Part shown: positions 1 to 12,237 of the stretch, in pieces
Layout of the letters: each line of letters opens with the position of its first letter
Numbering within the stretch: position 1 is the first letter of the stretch
Source of the DNA: Eledone cirrhosa
Lineage: Eukaryota
NCBI GenBank assembly: GCA_964016885.1
Contig: OZ024742.1
Coordinates: 82,708,001 to 82,772,000 of the forward strand
Direction of reading: 5' to 3'
Length of the DNA stretch: 64,000 nt
Notes under the pieces: model-generated
Databases searched by the model: none
Told to the model about the DNA's origin: nothing
Seen by the model: the letters and a program-made list of their open reading frames with translations, nothing else
Made by a program: the position numbers and the translations under genes

Positions 1-598
1 TATACATTTAAACATTGTTGCGAGGTACTATCAATATATACGTTTTAAGGCTCAAACCATTTTAATGTCCTCGACTGTAATTGAAGTAATTGAATAATAA
101 TGAAATGTCATTCTAGACAAGAGAAAGTCTATTCTTTTTTTAATAAACGCAACTCTTCAAACATGGGAAACCTACTACATTTTAGAGAGGTGTATAGCGG
201 TTTCAAAACTTTGACTACGTAACATTAAACAGACTAATAGGAATATAAATATATTGTTTGGCAAATAAATTTATATTCAGACACTAACTTCAGCAGTGAT
301 TTCTCTTTATATTATGAAAGATATAGCTACGTTCTTTTTTCACGTTTGTGTGATGTGCACTCCACTATATATAATACCTACTGGTGTCATGTCGGCTGAA
401 AAGTTTATAAGCTGATTATGAAGAACTGATGCTAGGTTTTTTAATAACTGCTAGATTTCTTTCTACAGACTATGTTTAAAAATAACTCTCATGTGGTTAT
501 TCCAAGAGAGTATCTTGTTCAATATATGACATTTTAAACCGGACCCCGTATCGGCATGATCATATAAAAACACATACATATACATCCAGTGACAGGTA

Positions 599-666
599 GG
601 CAAATATTTAGTTGAAAATATAAATAGATTATGGCAAATATTTAGTTGAAAATATATATAGATTAT
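599..666. repeat. 34-bp direct tandem duplication just upstream of the truncated Penelope-like element
   Basis: ggcaaatatttagttgaaaatata(a/t)atagattat occurs twice (599-632, 633-666). Confidence 0.85.
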
Positions 667-752
667 GGTGAGGATTAAATAAAATCAAATTACCGATCTT
701 GTGGGCCTCTTTCTTCTATTTAACATAAATTCTTCTTTTCCCCACCTTAAAG

Positions 753-1313
753 GTGGTTTATATTGTGATGACTGTCTTCTTTCCACTAATCTTAGCCTAT
801 CAGAAATTGAAAAAAATAAAAAAACTTATTAGAACTTTCCTCAAAGATTATTATAATCTCACTATTATATTTGAAAACACCAGTAAAATAGTTAATTTCT
901 TAGATATAACTTTAGACTTATCTACGGGTATCTACCAACTTTACCATAAACCTAACAAAAATTTACATTACATACACTCACAATCCAATCACCATAGATC
1001 TATCCTTAAAAACCTAGCATATAATATCTTACTCAGAATTTCTAACCTTTCATCTAACCAAGATATATTCGATAAAAATGCGCCCTTTTATAACGAAGCT
1101 TTAGCTAGAAGCGGCCACAAAAACAAATTAGTCTATATACCTTGCACCAATAATATTTCAAACATACAACCCAATATTACCAACAAACACCAAATGAAAT
1201 GTACACACCTAAATGCCACTCACACTACACCTAAAAATACCAACCTAAAACTTAATTTCTCTACCTCTTCTCACATAAAATATAATAACTTTCAAAAAAA
1301 CCATTCATCCTAA
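753..1313 (+). pseudogene. PLE reverse transcriptase C-terminal/thumb fragment
   Basis: VNFLDITLDL, YHKPN, SNHHRSILKN motifs typical of PLE RT; frameshifted from the upstream YxDD-like motif. Confidence 0.8.
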
Positions 1314-1798
1314 TATTCCAATATACGTTAATAACATTACTAACAAAATTCCTAATAATCAGACTAAAACACCTAAATCAGTTAATCTAACTAAACCTAT
1401 ATATAATAAATTCACTAATACTAACTCTCTTAGAAAACATCCTGATACATCGTATAAATATAAAAAACAACATCGAAACCGTAATAGACGAGTTACTTGG
1501 TATAATGCTCCATTAATCTACAAATTAAAGATAATATTCCTAAAATGGTATTACTATCCTAGAGAAAAACTTCCCGCCAAACCATAAATACCATCAAATT
1601 TTAAATAGATCAACTGTCAAATTTTCCTACTACTCTACCAAAAATATACAACAAAATATACGTGCGTACAACGCATATAAATGTAAAAAAAACACGAATA
1701 TACCACCAACACATCAAACCAACCATAATACTAACATAAACCGCAACAAACCACCATCTCCTTCACATATAACAAGTCGAGTAAATTCCACACCAAAT

Positions 1799-2240
1799 TT
1801 GACTAACTCCCCTGATATAATATTCACGAATGGTTGTAACTGTAGAAACAAAAGAAATTGCCCTCTAAAGGGAAATTGTCTTATTAATAACATAGTATAT
1901 AAATGTAAAATTAGCACTAAGGACTCAACTTATTCATATATAGGAGCTACGTCTAACCAATTTAAAGTAAGATTTAATACCCACAAACATAGTTTTAAAA
2001 ATGCCGCATTAGCTAATACTACATCCTTGGCTGAAACAATTAATAATTATAGAAAAAAGAATGTAGATTACAACCTGACCTGGAGTGTGCTCAAAATGGC
2101 CACCCCTTATCAAAATAACAGATACGAGTGTAGAACTTTTTGAAATAATGAAATCTAAGGATATCCTATTAAATAAGCGACAAGTATTAATTATATCTTG
2201 CAATCATAGAATTAGAAGAACTTTCAAATATTATAAACCT
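1799..2240 (+). pseudogene. PLE Cys-rich linker plus GIY-YIG endonuclease fragment
   Basis: CxC-x5-C linker followed by VY-x(n)-YIG and R-x3-H; reading frame broken after 2143. Confidence 0.85.
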
Positions 2241-2752
2241 AATTAATATACACTTTACACTTATATTTTACATATCATTATAATTAGTTTTTGTATTTAG
2301 TTAACCTATAATTAATACTTTACTACAGTATTAGTACTTTACTACTTCATAATTAATATAAAGTTATCCCTATAAGTATACCTATCAATTAATTTAATTT
2401 CTTGTTATAGATCTAAATTCCATGTGTTTTTAATAAGATTGGTATTTTTCACTAATACCTTTACCCTAAAATCTTACTCTCCTTCATTTTTAACTTTATT
2501 CTTTAATAACATCAAATGTTCGTGTACCCTTCACCGGCTTGACCTCTTTTCATCACCAAAGTATTCTTTTCATTCAAAGTATTCTTTCCATTCAAAACAT
2601 AATTCTGCATTCTTCTACTCCTAAATTAAATTTCTACTACTACTATTCTATCAACTTGACCTCTTACTACTTTTCTATTGGTCAATTCAAAACCTGTTCC
2701 CAAACAGACCTATTATATTAAATCTTTGTTGGCTTATTTCAATAAACAAATC

Positions 2753-2888
2753 TCATTATTTCTGAAGACGGCATATATATATGAAGGTAAGTATATTTCC
2801 TCTGATAGTTTGTAATATTTTTACATAGATCTATATGATATACATACCAACACACATATATATCCTAGAAACGATCGTAAAATGATGA
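2753..2888 (+). ncRNA. Type I hammerhead ribozyme with ~99-nt extended stem II
   Basis: Stem I tcattattt/aaatgatga; CTGAAGA 2762-2768; long hairpin 2769-2867; GAAA 2868-2871; palindromic stem III CGATCG; GUA cleavage triplet ending 2879. Confidence 0.75.
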
Positions 2889-3060
2889 ATTTTTTAATAT
2901 AAGGAACTTGTTCTTTGTTTTTATTCAATGTGTTTATTAATTTATCTTGACTCTGTTTTCCTGTGATTTTCATCGAAAATTTTTGAATGCATCTCTTTCA
3001 TGATATTTGGATTACATTGAGTTCTTCATACGGTTTGGACACTACCGTATATTTTGGTCG

Positions 3061-3198
<138 letters not shown>

Positions 3199-3771
3199 AT
3201 GAATATGTATTTATGCGTATGTATATTTGCATGTGTATATGTAAGTACGTATGTATGTGTGCTTGTATGCGTGTATGTATGTTTGCATATTAGTACTTCA
3301 TGGCGTGCACTAAATTATGTTGTGTGGATGGGAGTCTGTCACGAGGACGCTTTATATGAACATTCTTCAAAGCGATACCAACTAAACAATTATAAAACTG
3401 ACAGCCGTTAATACCATAGTAAGCATGTCTACATTACAAGTTAGTAAGATTCAGGGCAAACAATCGATTAAGATCACAAGAACCAGAGCAGAGAAGCAAA
3501 TTCCTATGGAAAGCAAATATAAATTAAATAGAAATATTAAACATCAAAACATCATTGAAGCCAACACATAACGCATACCGGAGGCACATATTACATATAC
3601 TCACATATGCCTACCCTGATACACACATTGAAACACGTCCAAACGCACAATGGCACACAGAGATACGTTCGTATATATTTGTCTATGTGTATTTACGTGT
3701 ATATATATATATATATACGTATGTATGTATATGTATCTATATGTACGTATATGTATGTATATGTACGAACG

Positions 3772-3891
<120 letters not shown>

Positions 3892-4172
3892 AAAGTTCTA
3901 TTTAAATTGTTGGGATACAACAAGCAAATATTGTTTATAACTGATATAAAGCACTCCACAAATTATTGGAGTAAAAATACGATATTAACAAATGGAAAGT
4001 ATATTTTTAAAACAATATTTATTTCATTATACATATTTCAAGGACACAAAGTTAAATTATGGTGTCCTTTCATCAGACAAAATATAATATAGATCAGTTT
4101 TATAAATAAATATTGACATAAAAAATGCAACCATTACTGTTGGAAGCTCCCGGATAGTCTGTTGGAAGCTCC

Positions 4173-4215
<43 letters not shown>

Positions 4216-4437
4216 ACACGCACACAGGTATATATGTATTCATGTATATATATTTATATATATCACGATAAATTAACGGAGGCATAGGCCCACGCTATCC
4301 CTGTAAATAATATATTTGTACGTATGGATTCACCGAACATTTTATATAATGCTCGGTGTGTTTGTCCACAAACATCCCATATTAAGCCGTAGTGTCTAGC
4401 AACCATCGTTACTCGTTTGTTCAACACTGACAAAGGA

Positions 4438-4480
4438 ATGCTGTACCAGTTTCAAGCTTATTAGCTATCGTCAGCAACGT
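4438..4480 (-). ncRNA. Minimal type I hammerhead ribozyme (unit 1)
   Basis: Minus strand: acgttg CTGACGA t-agc taataa gct-t GAAA ctgg TA cagcat. Confidence 0.7.
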
Positions 4481-4866
4481 ATACCTTCCTGCCAGATGAT
4501 TGAACCTCTGAAAGTATATACTTTCCTTATGCATACTAACGGCTGAGTAGCCCAATTTGCATATCGAGTGGTTTAATTGGCCGGGTGCACCGAAAACGAT
4601 AAACGGAAAAAATGAAACGAAATTTCATTTCCCACTCTTAGTACGGCTGTTACTTAAATATACGTATGTATACGTACATACATATATGTATACAGACGTA
4701 CAGTAGTATGTATATATATATACATACATGCACACATATATATATATGTACGTATGGGTTCACCGAACATTTATTATAATGCTCGGTGTGTTTGTAAACA
4801 AACATCCCGTATTAAGCCGTAGTGTCTAGCAACATCGTTGCTCGTTTGTTCAACACTGACAAAGGA

Positions 4867-4909
4867 ACACTGTACTAGTTTCAAGCTTATTAGCTATCGT
4901 CAGCAACGT
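4867..4909 (-). ncRNA. Minimal type I hammerhead ribozyme (unit 2)
   Basis: Minus strand: acgttg CTGACGA t-agc taataa gct-t GAAA ctag TA cagtgt; palindromic stem III loop CUAG; stem I extendable by aagg/cctt. Confidence 0.8.
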
Positions 4910-5666
4910 ATACCTTCCTGCCAGATGATTGAACGTCTGAAAGTATATACTTTCCTTATGCATACTAACGGCTGAGTAGCCCAATTTGCATGTCGAGTGG
5001 TTTAATTGGCCGGGTGCACCGAAAACGATAAACGCAAAAAATGAAACGAAATTTCATTTCCCCCTCTTAGTACGACTGTTACTTAAATATAAGTATGTAT
5101 ACGTACATACATATATGTATACAGACGTATAGTAGTATGTATATATATATATATATATATATATACATACATGCATACATATATATATCTACGTATGGAT
5201 TCACCGAACAATTATTATATTAGGCAATTATAGTACAAACTACGTAATTAGGCGTAGGGCCGTTTCGTCATCTGGAGGTCACCTCCCTGTTAAGGAAAGA
5301 TAGAACATTGCGTGTTAGCTCTTTCATTTGCAAGTAGCAAGTGATGGTAGTACTGTACCCTTATATTACGTCACATCAAAGTGGAGGTAAGCCAAGTCAA
5401 ACCATTATAGGGGACCACGTTGGCAAATAGAATTCGCATTAAAAAAACATGATTATTGTCATAAGCAAAGAGAAAACTGGTACGGCAAATAATGAGAAGT
5501 AAATCGAATTTGGTAAAAAAGTAAGAAAGATCAACTTATTGTTTAAATGGAGGAGAGATCACCTGGAGATAACATAATTGGGAGTAGAAGATAGTCGAAT
5601 AGAACAGACATAGGAGAATTATGTTCGTGCACACACACACACACACACACAGAGGCAGACACACAG

Positions 5667-5698
<32 letters not shown>

Positions 5699-5705
5699 AC
5701 ATATA

Positions 5706-5748
<43 letters not shown>

Positions 5749-5751
<3 letters not shown>

Positions 5752-6276
5752 TAAATCTACCAAAAGTTTACGGTAGTGCCCAATCCGTATAAAGAATTCA
5801 ATGTAATCCGGATATCATGAAAAGAGAAGATGCATTCAAAAACTACTTTCGGTGAAAAATAAACGGAAAACAGAGTCAAGATAAATTAATAAAATAATGA
5901 ATAAACAAAGAAACAGTGCCTTATATTAAAAAAATTTCATCATTTTACGATCGTTTCTAGGATATATATGTGTTAGAGTTGGTATGCATATTCTATAGAT
6001 CTATGTACAATATTTATACAAACTATCAGAGGGAATATACATACCTACACATATATATGCTGTCTTCAGAAATAATGATATTTGTTTATTGAAAAAAACA
6101 AAGATTCAATACAATAGGTCTGTTTGGGAACAGGTTTTGAATTGACCAATAGAGAGATAGTGAGGGTCAAGATAGTAATATAGTAGTAGAAGAACCTTAA
6201 ATTATGGGTAGAAGAAGGTAGATTTCAGTTTTGGATGGAAGAGAATATTATGAATGAAGGATGATTTTAGGGAAGA
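5749..6276 (-). mobile_element. PLE 3' terminal region (pLTR-like), same family as 685-3062
   Basis: Reverse complement aligns with ~2560-3062 (ggtcaattcaaaacctgttcccaaacagacc...gattacattga...ttttggtagattt); abuts (TA)n. Confidence 0.85.
5937..6078 (-). ncRNA. Type I hammerhead with ~105-nt stem II (copy 2)
   Basis: Minus strand: tcattattt CTGAAGA cagc-atatatatgtgt...acacatatatat-ccta GAAA CGATCG TA aaatgatga. Confidence 0.75.
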
Positions 6277-6383
6277 AATAGGGGGGAGACTTCGGAGGGA
6301 CATTTGTGTAGAAAGCCCAGTAAAAGGCCACAGTGACCTTGACCACCAAGGCAAGTGCCCTCTCCCAGTTTTCCACCTTTAAT

Positions 6384-9300
6384 TTACAGATACGTACTCA
6401 GAGTAGGCCCATTCACTCGGGCCATTCTTGCTCCTCTCACCCATCTTTCAACAAAATGCTGGGAAGAGAGCACTTCCCTCTCTACTCTGATTTCCCTTTT
6501 CAAATGAAATTTGAAAAAGTCAATCAGGGCATCAACGAAGAGGTAAGTGCTCGTCTTCAGCCCTTTCAAACGTGTCCACCATACTATCTCTTTCGCAATG
6601 GCCACCAGACAGATAAACACTGCCTGTCCTTCCCGGCTAAAGGAAGAGGGCGGGGCAATCCTCACGATGGTCTCAGATGATAGCCGGATCCGTCCTACAC
6701 ACGACAGCAGGTGTTCGACATAAATCCACAAGTCAGCAAATTTCGGACACTGGACGAGTGCGTGCAGGACGGTTTCGTCGCCCTGTGCGCATCTCAAACA
6801 TGCCCGGCTGACGGCACCTCCATGCCTGTAGAGTTTATCCCGAACTGGCAAGGCTCCTCGGTAGCACTGCCAGGCCAGAGATTTCTGGAAGTTGTCCATA
6901 GGTCCCGGCCCGAAAGTTCTTCCGAAGAGATTGGCTAGTTGATTTTCGTCGACGCCTAGAGTTTCCCCAAGTACGTCGTCGCTCTTCCCCTCCTCTAATC
7001 CTCTATAGAACGCCGAGGTGGAGTTTCCACCGATCACATTGCCCGATTGGTCAAGGGCTGTGAGCGCCTGAAGACATTCCAGTGTCCAGGCGCTCCCTCT
7101 CGGTGTTCGCTTGACCCAGGACTGCAGCTCCGTCAATGAAACAAGCTGGGGAAATACGTGTCTAGCAAACGGCAACCACACCTGATCACCGTCGAGGAAG
7201 AGGTGGAGATATCGTAGCCCGAGCGCGTGTATGCGCATCATCAGCCACGGCATGCCCAGCCCTCCACGTAGCGGGTGTTGACAGCTGATGGACCGCCTGA
7301 CCATCGGAGCGCGTCCCTTCCACAAAAAGCGAAAGAGCAATGGCTCCAGCACAGTCAGCCATGGCTTAGGACAAGGTACGACAGTCAGGCGGTAGCAGAT
7401 GACAGACGCGATGTACGCGTTAGCCACCTCCGCTCGACCTTTCCGGAATAGCTTCCTCTCCGCCGATTTCAGGGTTAGAGAAGCCACCCTGCTCGTCGCC
7501 TCGTCCCAGTTTTTGTCCGTCTGGAGGTCCGGACCGAACCAGACCCCTAGCAATTTAACCGGTCTGTCCGTCCAGCGTCCGACGACGCTGTTGGACGGCA
7601 TGGACATGCCTCTCCAGGTGCCGAGCTGCAGGCCCACTGACTTTTCCTGGTTGATCATTGCTCCTGTCACCGCTTCGTATTGTCTTAGTGTAGTGCCGAT
7701 CGCCCCGATGTGTTTCGCGTTCGACACCACTACGGTGACATCGTCCGCATATGCTGACACGGATCTTCTGCATCCTAGTTCGCGCCAGACGCCCCTCAAC
7801 GTCTCCAGTTTGTGCAGTAATGGCTCGAGAGTCAATACGTACAAGAGGGACGAGAGGGGACATCCTTTGCTGACCGAGCACATGATATTGAACGGTTCCG
7901 AAAGGTGACCGTTCACTCTCCCCACAGAGCAGATGTCGCTGTGCATGGCAGCGATCAAGCCTCTGAAGATGGGCCCAAAGCCAGCCACCCTCAGAACTGC
8001 CGCTAGGTAACGATGGTCGACCCTATCGAAAGCTTTCGACTGATCTAAATTGATCAAGGACCCACACGTGCCAGATTCCCTAGCTACCCTCTCTCCGATG
8101 TATCGCATGAGGTGGAGGTTGTCCTGGATGGATCTGTCGGGAATGGCGCATATCTGCGCCTCTCCACACCAGGCCACCAACGACAAGCGCCAACCTCTTT
8201 GCTAGCACCTTGGCCAAAATCTTGAACACTCTGTTTAGCAGAGTTATGGGCCTAAAATTATCTATGTTATCCCCCTTGTTCGGATCCTTTCTCAGCAGTG
8301 CCACCGCTCCTCGGCTCACAGACCTGGGAATTCTCCCATTCTGTTGCCAGTTGCAGTAGCCGTCCGCCAAGAGGCCTCCGAACAAGTCTAGCATCTGTAC
8401 GTAAAGTTCATAGGGCAGACCATCCAAACCAGGCGATTTACCCCTTGTGCAGCCAGTCATTGCCTCCCGTACTTCAGCGGCTGTTATCAGCTTTTCGCAA
8501 CACTCGGCCACAGTGGCCGAGATCCGCGGCAGTCCGTTGAGGTAGACACTAAAGTCCATCCCTCGACCCGGCCCACCGCTGCCGCCTAACAGCTGTGCGA
8601 GGTGTTGCTGAAAAGCTTCACACATTTGCCCGGATCGAGTAGCATGCGCCCGTCGTGGTCCACCAAAGACTGGATCGTGGCTTTGTTGCCACGACGCGCC
8701 TCCGCCACTCGGACCCATTGAACGGCTTTCGTCCCCTCGTGTCTGAGAGCACGCACCCTAGCTCTGAAAACGCAGCCTTCGTGCTTTGCATTAAAGAATT
8801 GGTCAAGGGCCAATTTCGCCGCAAGTACGTCGGTCGCGATGCCTTTGCTAAGCGCCTCGTCTAATTTTCTAACTACTTCTCCCTCTGCTCTATTTTTCTC
8901 TATTGCTAAAGCCTTACTAAACCTAATGGATTCTATTCTAATCGCTCTTTTCAGAGCAAACCACCACTTGTTGTTGATGATGGCCTCCGTCAACGCCCGC
9001 TTAACTAGTTCGCTAGTCCGGTCTCTGTAGGCCTTGCGCGTTGGTAAGGACGCGTTTAGCTTCCAGGAGCCGGGTCTTCATCTATGAAGTTTATCTAAGT
9101 CAAGCACACAGATCACAAATTTGTGGTCCGTGAGGCTGACTATCTTGAATTGTGGACAGCCTATGCTAGAGCTATCTATTTCCCTACAAAACACTCTATC
9201 TAGATATGATCTGGATGACCCTGTGCGATTTGTCCAAGTCCACATTGGCACATTCGAGATATCCAATCGGTACCTGTCAGACAGTTCAAATTGCCTGAGC

Positions 9301-9802
9301 AGATTGGTGAGACTCTTGCACACTCCACTCCTATCCGCTAATCCCACACAGTCCCAGCGTGCATCTAAGATCCAGTTCCAGTCGCCCACTAACACTAAAG
9401 AGCTGGACGTTCCAAGGAAGGTCTCCAGACGCCGGAAGAAATCAGGCCGCCATGATATGTCGGGGCATAGACGGCCACTAGCCTGAAAGCTTGCCCGTCT
9501 CCGCTGGTCACGTCCAGCACCACCAACTTACCCTCAGGGTCCAGGAAGATGGCCCGTATCGCGAGATCCAAACCTCTCCGAAAAAGCACAGCAACTCCTT
9601 CCCCCGATCCCGGACGGCTGGGAGATGCGTACACATCGTAGCCGCCGAAGATCGGTGCGGAGGCCCGTGATTCGGAGATTCTGGTCTCGCTGATGGCCAC
9701 AACATCTATGTTTAGTGACCTGAGGTCGTTGAGCAGGTGACCCTGCTTCCATGACGACCCCAAGCCACGCGCATTTATGCTGCCTATTCTGAGTGAGGTC
9801 AT
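6384..9802 (-). pseudogene. Tx1 ORF2 (APE endonuclease + RT + C-terminal Cys/His motif), disrupted
   Basis: Spread over ORFs 9395-9802, 9078-9395, 8586-8993, 8080-8718, 6384-8186; stop at 9078-9080 plus frameshifts. Confidence 0.92.
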
Positions 9803-11965
9803 GTTGAAAATAGAGTGGAAAAGATGCGAAAGACCACTTACCGTACTTTTCGTAGAGGAGGGATGGTTTTTCCATCCCTTTTCACTTGATCGTCTGGTGA
9901 AGGGACCGTTGAATCGTCCCTTCGGCTGGTCGTCGGCTCTTCTATGAGTATGTCCGAATATACTCTTCGATTGAGAGTCCCTCCTAGATCTCTGAAATCA
10001 CCAACTGCGTTGGGGAATTTCGTTTTAATGTTTGTGTATTGTTTCTGTGCTATTTTTAGCAGTCTTATGTTAGTTGGCGTTTTGATTGGTGCTGGTATTA
10101 TGTAGTCGTGTTGTGAAATGTCTGTGTGTTCAATTATGTAAGTCATTAGTTTCTTGTTGTGTGTATTTATTGCCGTGCATTTGTTTTTCTGGGGGTGGGG
10201 TGTGGTTCTGCTATTTTCTTGTCGTTGTTGCTGGGTGTGTGTGTTTTGTTGTTGTGTTTGCTATGTAGGTGCTTGTGGTGGTGGTGTTGAAGGTGTTGTT
10301 GTTGTTGGCGGTGGGGTTGTCGCCGGAGGTGATGGTGGTGATTGTGTGGGTGGTGATGGTGTTGGTGGTGTTGCTGCTGAGAGCCTCTTGGCAGTAGCCT
10401 TTACCCTTTTTTCATTTCTTTCCTTCCTTTTCGAAAGCGACGATGCGCTGCTTCTGCGTTTGTGCGTTCTTACGACCTTTTGCCATCCCTCTCCCACCTC
10501 ACGCTCCATGTCTGATTCTGTGAGGTCGGGGAGGGGTACCAGCTCCACTCTTTCACTTGTTGTTTTTGGTGCTGTTTGCACTAGAGTCTCTGTTGCAGCT
10601 GCATTTGGTATTGCTTCCACTGCTGCTGCTGTTCTTGATTTCCGTGGCGTGGGTATGGGTGCCACGGACCTATCGTTCCTGGTTGCCGCTTGTCCTGTTG
10701 CTGGTAGCCGTGGAGCCGGTTTCGGAAGGAGGGTTTTTTTTCCTTTTCAGGGTTTTCTCATTGAAGAAGGCCCTGAGGTGAGTCTTCGATCCATAGCGAA
10801 AGCATTTCGGGCGTTTGCCCTCAACACTTATGGGCAGTTGTGTGCCGTTATCGAAGTCTATCACATCCGGGATAGCTTCGATGCACTCCTGCTTAGTTTG
10901 GATTAACATCTCAATGGAGATGCCGACCCAATCTTCTCTTACTTTTTTCTGTACTTGCAGTACAGTTGTTTTGTCCTCGATTCCGACGAGGACAAACGCG
11001 GCCAGCCAAGAAGGGGCCATCCCGGAGGGGACGTGGGTCAGTTTGACCCTCACAATTTTTTGCCCGCTGTAGGAGCGCACCAACACCATTTCCTCGCTCC
11101 TTAGGGTCACTAATGATTGAGCCTTTGCCTCCTGGGGTGTGGCAAAAAGCACGTCTACGGTGGCATATTTCTTGCCTCGGGTGATGTGCGTTTTCCGCTG
11201 CCACACATATCCTAAGGCTTTTTGTATTTGAGTCTCTGTGGCTCTTTCAGCCCTGCGGGATTTTGTGCTTACCGTACGGTACGTGACCGTACAGTGCTGT
11301 CGGGTTTCAAAAAACATTTTGGCTGGCTTGCAGATTGCTCGGTGTCCGGTTTTAGTCACCATCTTCTTCGTTTCCTCTAATTCCTCATTTGTTATGAGGA
11401 TGGTTTCCAGATTCTTTGCGATACCTGCAAACGAGATTGGTTTTTCTTTGCTGCTGTTGTTGTTGCTGTTGTTGTTGTCGTCATAGCTGCTGTTACTTTT
11501 GTTGTTGCTGCAGGTACTACGACTACTGCCGCCGCCGCTGATGCTGTGGTTGTTGTTGTTGTTGCAGCTGCTGCTGTTGTTGTTGCTGTTGCTGCTTATG
11601 CTGTTGTTGTTTATGCTGCTGTTGTTGCTGTTGCGGCTGCTACTGTTCTTTTCCTCGTCACTGTTGCTGCTGCTGCTGTTATTACGGCTGCTACTGCTAT
11701 TATTCGTGACGTCAGACTAATGAAATGGGTTTTCGTATTTCCCGCACACCTTTTTCGTCGTTGTCGTCGTCGTCGTGGAGAAATCTTGCACGCTTTGCAC
11801 GTGATTTTTCTTTTCTGGCGTCGCTTGCCAAAGAGAAGGGAGGGAGAGAGACACATTTAGAGAAGGGAGGGAGAGAGACAATCTTCTCTCTGCTGTAGTG
11901 ACGATTGAGGAAGAAGAAGACGGAATGAGTGGGAGTGACCTATGAAAATTCTTTTTCGTAGCCAT
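9800..11965 (-). pseudogene. Tx1 ORF1 (low-complexity N-terminus, CCHC-type knuckle, Pro/Thr-rich C-terminus), disrupted
   Basis: MATKKNF start; ISFAGIAK motif; KCFRYGSKTHLRAF (degenerate version of CFRCGSKTHLRAFC in copy 2). Confidence 0.8.
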
Positions 11966-12179
11966 GTTTTTTTTTTGTTTAAAATAAATATTGGGCACAA
12001 CCCCCCAATAAGCGGTTATTTAACCCGAAGGGCCAAATAACGGGCAGAAAGACCTCTCTCTCGAGGAGGAGGGTGTTTTTGTCTACAATTTGGTTAAAGT
12101 TTTAAACAATTTACAATTGTTATAGCGGTCAAAATTTACAATACCTTACAGAGCCGAGCCTCCGTCAACCATAGCATTC

Positions 12180-12236
<57 letters not shown>
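12180..12236. repeat. (TAA)n/(TTA)n tract between tandem Tx1 copies
   Basis: Pure trinucleotide tract; 3' tail of copy 2 and 5' flank of copy 1. Confidence 0.97.

Positions 12237-12237
<1 letters not shown>

Larger units (their letters stand above)
4318..5215 (-). mobile_element. Tandem repeat of ~429-bp units (2 full + start of a third), each with a hammerhead: retrozyme-like element
   Basis: Unit start (g)tacgtatgg(a/g)ttcaccgaaca at ~4318, ~4748 and ~5190; near-identical units; HHR cores 429 bp apart. Confidence 0.75.
6277..12179 (-). mobile_element. Tx1/L1-clade non-LTR retrotransposon, copy 1 (near full-length, 3' tip missing)
   Basis: 5' end gaatgctatggttgacgg next to (TTA)n; ORF1 with knuckle remnant; ORF2 APE motifs (SINARG, VAISET, VGDWN, YLDR, TDH) and RT motifs (KSPGLDG, FRPITLLN, LDQSKAFDRVDH, YADD). 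Confidence 0.95.

Noticed and set aside
4318-5215. CRISPR-like array
   Set aside because: Whole 429-bp units are duplicated with no unique spacers, the context is eukaryotic, and there are no cas genes.
10154-10906. Long antisense ORFs over LINE ORFs (also 7399-7908, 22238-22687, 59479-60192)
   Set aside because: Shadow frames of low-complexity or GC-richer LINE coding sequence.
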